A DNA stretch of 64,000 nucleotides from Antedon mediterranea (taxonomy: Eukaryota > Animalia > Echinodermata). The stretch covers positions 17,295,648 through 17,359,647 of the forward strand of contig NC_092673.1 in NCBI RefSeq assembly GCF_964355755.1, in the 5' to 3' direction. The translations under genes and the position numbers were made by a program. Shown here piece after piece: positions 38,201 through 50,200 of the stretch (its first letter is position 1; each line of letters starts with the position of its first letter). A model generated the notes under the pieces. The model was not told where the DNA came from, did no database searches, and worked only from the letters and a program-made list of their open reading frames with translations.

Positions 38201-41200
38201 GCCAGCTTAAGAATACTATTTCTCTGTATGTAAAATTAAACATCATGCATAATGTATTTTACCTTCGCTCCTACAATTGTATTATCTTATACCAGGAGCG
38301 GATCTAGTCATTTTTATTTGAACTTTATTAATTGCATATAAATGTAAAATGTAGATTTTTTTTTTAGATTGTCGATATGGGAGATAACATCTAAAGCGTT
38401 TTGGTCGGTCGATTCAATTGTCATATAATTATCTAAATATATGTTGATATAAAGTTTGCGGTACACCATGTATATAAGTTTTGAAAAGAACTGTTGAGTT
38501 TCTCGACGTTTCAATCAATATTCTTTGATCGTCGTCAGGAGAGAGAATGCAGAAAGTCCATGAAACTTGGAATATAAGTGGAATATGGTATCTAAATATA
38601 TTTGGTTTTAAAGCCTGTTTTCTTGTCGATGTAACGTTACAGCGAGTTTCGTTGATTTGCGTTGAGTTTTCAAATTGTTAAAGTTGAAAAAAATAATAAC
38701 GATGATCGATCCGGATAGGTAATATTTACACATTTTTACATAATCGCGTTCATAGTTTCTTGGATCTCGTGAGCGTTGAAGTGACACGCGGATGTGAAGT
38801 TTTGCAGAACCAAGACCGTCCACAGCAGTGGGGGCGCCAGGATTTCCCCGACGGGGGGGCCAAATTCCCCGACGGGGGGGCCGAATCCCCCCACGGGGGG
38901 CCGTACGCGCGAAAGCGGGGGTGGGTTTGGGAGGGGGTATGCCCCCTCCCGAGCCTCAAAAAATTTTGAAAAAATAGATGCTTACACACTGTTTAATAGG
39001 CTAGAGCAACTGTTTCCATTACATTTAATAACAATGTCACATAATAATGTAAATTTAAATAAATCTTTCCTAAATACTCTAATACGGATCTTTTTCGACG
39101 AACTAATAATAAACTTTGATCCGAAAATGCCTCGATAGTGCATGTGTTTAGTGTACGACTGTGCTTTGGTGGTCTGTTAACCTCAGATATACCCTATAGC
39201 CGGGTGAATAACTCAATGTAATTTAGTACCGTATACAATGATGATTGCCGTAATCGCCGTGTCTATAACACAAATCAATAAAATGCCGTTTTTTCGGCCG
39301 TGTACATAGAACAAGACATTTCATGTTTATGTTATGCCTTTGAAATAATAATAAAAGAACATCATGTTTATCGTTTTTTTTATCGTTTATACTGTATACC
39401 ATTATATAAAAAACCTTCATACGCGAGAAAAAAGTTCACGATATTACACTCTACTCTGTACAGGGGTGTAAATATACAGGTCCACGCTAACGCTTGCACA
39501 CGGACCAGGGCGGAAAATGGTGTATTTTTTGGAGAGTGATGACGTCAGCATTCACACGAGGAGCGAGCTAAGAAAACGTGATGCTGGTAGTGGGAGTGCA
39601 TGTGTTTTGAAAATAACTCAGTTGTGGGTATTTTCCGAAGATTTTAAATTGCGTTTTCTTTTTAGACTCTTGAATTAATAAATAGTTATTTCACTATGTA
39701 GGCCTATTTACACAACTATAGCTCTAGCCTACTCTTCTTAAAAAGAGTCAAGTGCGTCGAATCCGCGTCTAGCGACGGTCACGGGTTTGGTGCATCTTTT
39801 TTTTCCCTTTAGAATTAAGGGAGGTGGCTAGCCACCCTATTCACCCACCTACCCTAGATCGAGATTTATGCGCGAAAAGAAACGTGACCAGACCCTGTTT
39901 TATGGTTCGGGCCAACCAACCGACAGCGGACATATACGCGGTACACCAAGGGTTATTGGTAAATTGAAACAATTCGTAAACTGAACCGTGAGAACATAAC
40001 TCGTACCTTTATCCCTGTATGAACGTACGTCGATGCGTAGTTGCAAATGAATTTGATTTTCGCCTGGAATCTGAAAAATACACATTTTGGTCCCTGGATG
40101 TATGTCGACGCGTATACCGCAGTGAGCCATGAAAGATTCGTACAAAGAGACACCGCCAGACAAATGCGTACCACATCATACCGTTTACTTCGCTGTCAGT
40201 ATATCGTACGTACGTCAAAAATGGAATGCCGCAGTTACTTAAAATATATAGTAGTACACTTAATATGGTTTTATTTTTTACCAGAAAAGAAATGATCATA
40301 TTTTTCTCCCCGACAAATATGACCAATACTCCCCGACGGGGGGGCCAGCTTTCCCCGACGGGGGGGCCCTGGCCCCCCCGGCCCCCCCGCTGGCGCCACC
40401 ACTGGTCCACAGCAGCCGTGGTCGAGTGAAAATTGAAAAAGTTACAGGTTTTGATGCTTCAATCCAGCCTAGGACACTTATTAATCTAGGCTTTACACTA
40501 AAGACACATTAAATTAAATTGTTTTTATATTTTAATTCACAAACTGTGATGACATAATTTGTGAATTATTTGATTGGTCAGTTGAAGTTGAATTCAGGTC
40601 AATGATTAAAGATTTTAACGTTTTTACCTCATCTTCCTGTAAAATTGTTGTATGTAAATGGGTGGCGTGTCAATGACATTTAAAAGAATATAAAAACCCC
40701 CACACCCCCCCCCCCCCCCCCATTTTTCCCTGTATACAACTCCCAAGCAAATTGTACAATGCAAAGCAATACATAATATTTGAGCAGTTAAATTATTGAA
40801 AAATACACACAGAATAATAGAATATTATACAGATATTGCCTGCTTAGAGGTTAAATATAAGATTTGACATCCCCGAGGGAATGTTCGAGGGAATATATAT
40901 TTCCCGAAGCGCTGGTTCTCAAGAACATAATATCATTCCCAAGGGGTTGTCAAATCATATATTTTACCGGTATAAAAGGCGATATCTGTTATATTACATA
41001 GCCAACAACAAGTTGAATATCTACTGCTGGGTCGGCGTTAGCTAGGCCTCCTTTGTAATAAGCCTGACTAGTTAGGTTTTGCATTCACCTTACCTTGCAA
41101 AGAATAATATACAGATAATTACTAATTAATGATTCCTTGGCAATAAAATATTCACTTAGGCCTATGTCGTTTAAATTAACAGAAGAATTTTCATCAATAA

Positions 41201-44200
41201 GCCTACATTAATGATAATAATATTATTATCAGGTAGGCCGCAAAAATAATAATTCGTCTTCTTCGAGGAGCCGAATCACCGGATGTTCAGCGCGCCGTTG
41301 TATTGTGATGATGGACAAATCATCGAGAGTTCAAGTCTCAGTAGATGACTTTTGTTTATTTATCGCCAAACGCGAGTGTTGCCACACGAAAATTACACAG
41401 TCAATATCATCGTACTCAAGAATTTGCTGGATTTTATATGTTTAATGACAGGGACACGATAACTACGCGAAAATTACTCAGTCAATATCATCATACTCGA
41501 GGATATATACAATTTATGATCCTCGCAGCGGTAGTCATGTGATGCAGTTTCAACCAATCACGTGAACGTATTTACATAGGCTAATTAATTTCTTCAAGCA
41601 AGTTGCGTAGCGCTGCGGGTAAAACGTTGTCTCGTGATGATGTGGGCTAATCTTCGCGAGTTCAAGTCTTAGTAGATGACACTAAAGTTACACCGTCAAT
41701 ATCATCATACTTGAGAATTTTATTTATTTTTTTTTTATTTTATTCAGTTGACAACCAACAGCAATGAAACCGCCACTAACAGGTTGAATCTAAACATGAT
41801 AAACTATAATAATACTCAAATAAGCAACAATAACATAAACAAAGATTGGAACATTATAGAGATTGATTTTTAATTAACCTGCAAACAAAAATGTAACTTA
41901 CTACGCCAATAAGGTTGATGTTTATATGCCACAACTCTACAGATCACACATAGACCGATGTAATGCGAATAATGTATTTTAATAACAGTCAATAACTCAA
42001 TACAACAACATGGAAATCAAAGCAACAACGAATGAACAACGCCAGCCCATGAGGGCGCACTGGCGCTATCAATCAAAACTCCTAAATCCCTTTGAAAATT
42101 AACATGGATTTTATATGTTTAATGACAGGGACACGATAATTACTCGAAAATTACTCCGTCAGTATCATTGTACTCGAGGATATATACGATTTACGATCCT
42201 CGCAGCGGTAGTCATGTGATGCAGTTTCAACCAATCACATTCACGTATTTACATAGGCTATATAATATAAATAAATATTTAACTATGGCTTGGTGGTACT
42301 GTTAGTAGGACTAACTAAAAAGGGAACCATACCTAAATGTGAAAGTTGACAAACTTTTATAGGCTAAAACCAATCATATAACACTTAAGTCCAATTATGC
42401 GCAATTGCAGTTGAGTTTTACAAGTAGTGTTAAATGCAATTTAACTTCAGTGGAAATAGAATGTACTGCACTTAAGTCAAATGTATTGCACTTAAGTCAA
42501 ATGTATTATACTTAGTTGAATACAATTGTACTTCAATGCAATGTATTGTATCAAGGTAAATTCAAGGTATTTGTCTTAAGTTTAACTTGGAGGTAACTGA
42601 TAAAATTGCTTGCCATAGCAGTGATGCTTCATCTTTGGTTCGCAGATTGTTATTCTTATACTGAATTCTATGTGTATAATGTTAATATATGTTGTGAATT
42701 TTCAATTATGTATACAGTTCAAATATGAGTGGGATATTCTTGTTTTTGTATACTGGTCCCCCTTCCACAATACTTGACCCCTCTCAAATTTAGCATTAGA
42801 TGCGCCCCTGCTTCAATAGGATCAAATCCCCCTTGTCGTTCCCCCTCCCCAATGATCGGTGTCATGAATATTTAAAGTGTTGCCAAGCTGACGTGACTTT
42901 TTATATAGTTCTTTTATTTTAAAAATTATATGTAATTGTTTTGTTTTTGGTGGTTTTTCAGATTTACCAATTTTTGATTGAGTGAACCCCACCCTGTCTA
43001 ACTCCATTAGATACTGTAAATGGAATATATATGTTGTACAGGAGAGGGGACATAACCCCACCCTGTCTAACTCCATTATATACTGTAAATGGAATATATA
43101 TGTTGTACAGGAGAGGGGACATAACCCCACCCTGTCTAACTCCATTAGATACTGTAAATGGAATATATATATTGTACAGGAGAGGGGACATAACCCCACC
43201 CTGTCTAACTCCATTGGATACTGTAAATGGAATATATATGTTGTACAGGAGAGGGGACATAACCCCACCCTGTCTAACTCTATTGGATACTGTGGATTGG
43301 AAACAGAGTTACCCCAATGTATCACAAAATGTTGTTTCTCATACCAACATTTGAGCAATTTAACAATACAAAGATTCATACCATTGTTAATGAGCTTACT
43401 ATGAAGAGTCCACATTGATTGACTTGATCAAAAGCCTTACTGGCATCTAGAGAGCAGGCAAAAACTGGGCTACCATTTCTATTGTAGTAGTCAATGACAT
43501 GTTTTAATACAAAGATACAAGACATTCATTTCTGTGAAAACGAGAAATTGTCATTATATCTATAAACACATTATATTAAAAAATGTTGAAGAGCCAATTG
43601 GAATTGAATCCAAATGGGAAAAGGAGTTTGACAACAAACTTAATTGGAAAAACCTTTTCTCAAATTTACACGCCTGTACAAATGACACTAAGCTAAAAAA
43701 TGTTCAATTTAAATTTATTCATCGTATAATTTATACAAATACAATGCTCTTTAAGATGTCAAAGGTCGATTCACCAATGTGTAGTTTTTGCAAGGAAAAG
43801 CAGGAAACACTGCTACATATGTTCTTTGAATGTGATCTGGTAAAGAAAATTTGGGAAAATGTAAAACAATATATGTATCGAAATATCAACAATAACTTAA
43901 TTATCACCAAAGAAAGTATATGTTTTGGTTTTGGAAAAACACACAGTGATGCAAACATTTTAATTTTAATTACAAAGTGGTACATATTTAGTTGCAAAAT
44001 CAAAAAACAATTACTTAATTATAATCATTTATTTCACATTTACCAAAAATACAAGGCAACCATATTATTAGCAAAATGATTATTATTAAGTGTATTTTTG
44101 CGATACATTATTTTTTTTTCTTTAATTTCATTACTCTCTTATTTTTGAGAGAGTATTATATCATTTTAATAGTTACGTTGCCTTTATATATTAATTTTGT

Positions 44201-47200
44201 ATTATGTATGTGATGAAATGAAATAAAAAAATTTAAAAAAAATAAAAAAAAAAGTATTTAAAATGCAACAATAAGTCTAAATTTAGAATGATGATTGTAA
44301 TAAATCAAATTTTGTATTAAAAAAAACGGTAATCAGACATTAACCATCCATGACAATAACTAGCTAACCGTACCATTGTTAGAGTATGGGTTGGAAACAA
44401 TGTAGGTGTTGGCTTGTTTTTTATCTAGCACTACAATACACTTTGGTTACATTGCTGTAGTAGTTCCTAAAACACCTTAATTCTTCTGCATATCAAACGG
44501 AATATTCTTATTTCGAATATCGGTTGGGTGGTTTTTTTTTTCTCATTCTCAAAGATTTCCTCATCTTAATTTGTTTATTGTTTTATTATTAAAATTCCAG
44601 GATAAAATCACTGGTCAAGTTTTTCTATACATATCTGGTTTCTTTTTTTATTGAAATAATTATTGTATGTTTTATTTGTTATAGGTGATGTTGAGACATC
44701 AAGGTATCATCTAGGTAGGTTATAAAGTTAATTATGGTAACTTGACCAGAGGAATGGCATGAGCCAATACTAGATGCAGGGGCTGCCATAATGGTCAGCC
44801 CCTGTGTTGATTTAAAATGCCTGATGGAACCCCTTCATATATACAGCACTGATATTCCTAGATGGTCTCCCATCCAAGCTCCAACCAGGTCCAACATTGC
44901 TTAACTTTGGTGATCAGACAAGAAAACCAGTGTTTCAACGTGACAAGGCCATATTATATGTAGTGAACAAACAGACTACAATTTTTAGAATTTAATTAAT
45001 ACAATAAAGGTTTATGGTAATTTCCTCAAAGTTGCAGGCATCTATAACTACACTTTGCCAGCACGCCTATGAGACAAGGACTTTTAAACCATGATACTTT
45101 ATAGCAAATATATTTACTTTAATTTTTAGCAAATTTGTTTCATCCCATGCCGGTACAGGTGTTCCTTCCAGTACAGCTGTGTCTTCTGGTGCAGGTGTGT
45201 CATCTGCTGCAGGTGTGTCTTCTGGTGCAGGTGTGTCTTCTGGTGCAGGTGTGTCTTCTAGTACAGGTGTGTCTTCTGGTGCAGGTGTTTCTTCTGGTGC
45301 AGGTGTGTCTTCTGGTGCAGGTGTGTCTTCTAGTACAGGTGTGTCTTCTGGTGCTGGTGTGTCTTCTAGTACAGGTGTGTCTTCTGGTGCAGGTGTTTCT
45401 TCTAGTGCAGGTGTGTCTTCTAGTGCAGGTGTGTCTTCTAGTGCAGGTGTGTCTTCTGGTGAAGGTGTGTCTTCTAGTACAGGTGTGTCTTCTGGTGCAG
45501 GTGTGTCTTCTAGTGCAGGTGTGTCGTCTGGTGCAGGTGTTCTTTCCAGTACAGGTGTTTCTTCTGGTGCAGGTGTATCAAACCAAGGCATTAGGCAAGG
45601 TAATAACACTCTTTAGTTACAGTACTACTTACATTTATAAAAATATATGTAATAAATTTATGCTTATTTTAAAAATAGGCAGACACACTGCAACATTTTC
45701 ACCGGAATATGTGACCTACTATTCCCATGAACGAAGACTGGAATTGTGTTATATTGATCAATCTATCTGACTGACTGTAAATTGAACCCAAGACATGACT
45801 TCGAGTTTTAGTTGATAGAAGATTGGAGTATTGTTTTTTTTATCATTATCAGTGCTGTCATAGTTTTGCACAATGTATCCCTAGAAATCACATGGTTTAA
45901 TAAGATATATATAATATATAATTATTAATAACATTAAAATGGTTAAACATACTTGTTGATGGTATTAATTTCTTGACTCAATTATTAGTGATATGTTGAG
46001 TTAAAAGTTATGGTTACTCAATAATAATATAATTGTTTGTTGCAGAAACAAGAAATCCATTGGAAGACAACTTCAACAAGTTAAATTACATGAAAAATAA
46101 TTTTAATCGTTAATTACAAGAACAAGATCAGTATTAATTTAACAGTGAAGTACTTTTGATTAGCAACAAACAAAATCTTCAAAATATATTTAGGAACCAT
46201 ATCGGCACGGTAACTTTCATATTTTCTAGGCCTCCAACAAAATATGATCGCGACGAACCACATACTTCATAGCGTGACAAGAAAGTGCTAGGCCCTCTAA
46301 ACATTCAATCACGTGGTGAATTTCCGCATCTCCCATTGTCGCTATGGTGTGACGTAGTTCAAGTCGGACTTGCGCGAGGAAAATAATGTAATTTGTATAC
46401 GGCTGTAAATAAAGATGATTTTCATTATTATAACATATACCAATGTATATTTAGTTAAGCTAATATAAAAATAGATATTTCATTCTTCAATATCTGGCCA
46501 ATATAACAACTCAATGACTGTTAAATTTTTTATAAACGTTTAAATACCATTTAGTCGGTGATTTAGCCTGCCCCCTTGAGGACTAAAAAAATTGATCAAA
46601 ATCCGTCTCGATTTAGTCGAGGTTGGCCGATTTAGTTGAAGTTCGGTTTATGAATTAAAATGACGTCATTTTTAAAGTTTTAGCTCAAACTAGAATACGG
46701 GCGTAAGTTTGTTGGAATTCAGTATAACTAAATTCTTCTTCATATTATGGTTCTACATACGATACAACACACACTGACGTGAAATTATTTTACTAATATT
46801 CCAACAAATATTACATCTTCACAGATGAGCAAGATGATACAGAGACCACTACACAAGAAAATGAACAAGGTACAGTATGATTCATTTTACTAACAACATT
46901 GAATTGAGCCAGAATTAATTAAGTTAACCTGTTGAAAATGGAAACATAACCACCACCAACCTATCAGTAACATGTCAACAAAAACAACAAAGTTTTCTGT
47001 ATTTTTGTTAAACAAAAGTAACAAAGCAATTAACATCAGATTCACAGAGTACTGTTAATGAGGAATCTCAATCACAAATGAAGAAAGGGATGATTGAGGA
47101 ACAGGAAACAAAACTTGAAGAAGAGAGTGGTGAGTTAAGGATCATAAATGAATTTACTTTTTATTTTATTTCACCACCACACAAGTCAAGTCAGTTACAA

Positions 47201-50200
47201 AGTTGAACAATAGAAAATGATGAATAGACATTTATTTAAACATATAAAACTTAATCAAAATGTCCTATGTCTTAAGCTGACATTTAATATGCTGTTCACT
47301 GTATACTAACAATAACTGTCTTTTCGGGATGTTTTTATTGACCAGAAGTGACAAAGCAATCAGATTCATCAGATACTCTTAGTGATGAATTTCAAACACA
47401 AGTAGTGGAACAGGAAATTGAACCTGAACCAAAAAGTGGTGAGTCTCATATTAGTTGTGTTATTATATGGTTAAAATAACTTAAAATGTGATGTTATAGT
47501 ATTGATTTCAGCTAAACATTTATTCAAAAAAGAACGACTTTAAACAGAAATAGAAAAATATGCTAAATTAATACATTTAAACGATTGATAAGGTAAATAA
47601 CTTATTTAACTTATTTAACTAATCTTTAAAACAACATGTCTTTTATTATTAGTCAAGAATAAAAGATGATACACTAAACAATATCTGCATAAATGATATT
47701 TATATATAAGTTGCTGTGACACTTACAGGCCACCGTACTTTGATCACACAAACAAAACATATTCATTAAGGTCAGCAATGTATTATCAGGGAAGAGTTAA
47801 ATTACAATTTAACTCTATTGTAATTTAACTCTTCCCTGGTATTATCAACAAACTTAAAAATAAGAGATAGTTCTCAATCCAATGTAAATAGAACAGTCTA
47901 TATTTCATCAAAGAACATATTGTTAATCCTATTTTGATATGCTTACTCTATAAATTGAACAACAGATTATTGGCGAATTTCTTTTGCTGTTGGTTGGGTT
48001 TGGAAATTAAAAAAAAAAAAATGTGATTGGGCAAAGCTCTCTGTGAAGCTGTCAACATCTTTGAAAAATAGGTTTCGGGGCTCAACTAAGTATTTGCTGT
48101 CCCCTCTATCTGGGAAAATTGGCCGTTGGTAGAGAACAAATTTGAAATTTGCTTTGTTACTTATAAAGTCGCAAATTAGCATGCAACATACAAATACATT
48201 GCAAAATTATAACAAATTGATATTAATTAATGATCAAATTAGGGTGTGTTACATTGTATAGGTCCATGGTACAGGGCTCAGGTGACAGGCCTTTACTTTA
48301 CTTGCCAACTAATGTTTTTTTTTTCGTGTATCAATTTTCTAGTTTTTTATTGTAATATGGTAACCTAATGCTATTTTTGTGTAATATATTTATAGACCAT
48401 AAATCAATTTAAACAAATGAGGTTCTGCACAGTAAATGAAGATGATAATGGATGAAAATGTATTAGAAATTTATGTTATTGTGTTTGATTGTGTTGAGTA
48501 ATGAATAATCAAATCCTTGTGATATTTAATTCTTAATACTGATACTCATTTCAGATCTGCAGTCGCCAGAAAATGACAGGTAAGGAGTATAATGAGTGGC
48601 ACATTTATCACAGTATCTATACTGATTATTTATAATCACCAATGGTTAGACCAGCACCCTGCTAGTTAATTGTATGCCCTGAGATGATAGTCTGGAAGGG
48701 ATATTATTGCTATCACTTGTGTGTCTATCAGTTCAGTTGTATATATTAATAACATAACCTGTTATTACAACCATAAAGTTTAACCATAAAAATAGTGTTG
48801 AAACAATTTTACACAAAATCAAGAATAACAAACATCAAAAGAACTTTTAAACCCAACCACCAAATAATAATAATGAAACAATCCTGGTTTCATATAGAAT
48901 TACATTCTGCATAAACTTAACGGAGGATGACGGACCTTTTGTCCTACCAATATTTTCAATTTCAGTAAAATATATGCCACACTTCCGTTTTGGCCGACAG
49001 ACTCCCATATTTATACTTGTCTCCTTATGCTCCTGGTTTTATATTCTCCCGTATTACAAAGATAACTGAACTTAATGTGTTGCTTTCTGCAATAAAATAT
49101 AAAAAAAAAGCTCAAAACACATACAAATTTATGATATTTAAGTCATAATTTATTGATCCCCTTATTGAAGGGGATTCTTTTCGCATAGCCATCATGGTAC
49201 CAATTGCTCCTTGCATTTCAGTAAAAGGAGTGGGGAGGGTTTGCTAGACCATAAAACCCTCCTTCTTACGAGTCTGTTATCATTATTATAGGGAGTGGGG
49301 AGGGTTTCTGCTTACGAGTCTGTTATTTTGCTAGAACCATAAAACCCTCCTGCTTACGAGTCTGTTATCCTTATTATAGGGAGTGGGGAGGTGTTGCTAG
49401 ACCATAAAACCCTCCTGCTTATGAGTCTGTTATCCTTATTATAGGGAGTGGGGAGGGGTTGCTAGAACCATAAAACCCTCCTGCTTACGAGTCTGTTATC
49501 CTTATTATAGGGAGTGGGGAGGGTTTGCTAGACCATAAAACCCTCCTGCTTACGAGTCTGTTATCTTTATTATAGGGAGTGGGGAGGGGTTGCTAGACCA
49601 TAAAACCCTCCTGCTTACGAGTCTGTTATCCTTATTATAGGGAGTGGGGAGGGTTTGCTAGACCATAAAACCCTCCTGCTTATGAGTCTGTTATCCTTAT
49701 TATAGGGAGTGGGGAGGGGTTGCTAGAACCATAAAACCCTCCTGCTTACGAGTCTGTTATCCTTATTATAGGGAGTGGGGAGGGTTTGCTAGACCATAAA
49801 ACCCTCCTGCTTACGAGTCTGTTATCCTTATTATAGGGAGTGGGGAGGGGTTGCTAGAACCATAAAACCCTCCTGCTTACGAGTCTGTTATCCTTATTAT
49901 AGGGAGTGGGGAGGTGTTGCTAGAACCATAAAACCCTCCTGCTTACGAGTCTGTTATCTTTATTATAGGGAGTGGGGAGGAGTTGCTAGAACCATAAAAC
50001 CCTCCTGCTTATGAGTCTGTTATCTTTATTATAGGGAGTGGGGAGGAGTTGCTAGAACCATAAAACCCTCCTGCTTATGAGTCTGTTATCTTTATTATAG
50101 GGAGTGGGGAGGAGTTGCTAGAACCATAAAACCCTCCTTCTTACGAGTCTGTTATCCTTATTATAGGGAGTGGGGAGGAGTTGCTAGAACCATAAAACCC

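Noticed and set aside
38750-40429. Gly/Pro-rich short ORFs on both strands
   Set aside because: They derive from the GC-rich subterminal repeats of the hAT element; no transposase motifs.
41600-41690. tRNA gene (A/B-box-like GAGTTCAAGTC)
   Set aside because: No cloverleaf can be formed; at most a decayed SINE or TE fragment.
44704-44720. Alternative donor G|GTAGGT at 44715 (30-nt exon)
   Set aside because: It would enter exon 45130 in the VQVCLL frame and break the downstream phase. It stays possible only if the Gly/Ser exon is skipped.
44842-44950. Functional 5S rRNA gene
   Set aside because: Many substitutions and indels, single copy, no T-run terminator.
45067-45770. Antisense (EDTPAP)n ORF and the (VQVCLL)n frame
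   Set aside because: Alternative readings of the 18-bp repeat; only the Gly/Ser frame fits the downstream phase-1 exon chain.
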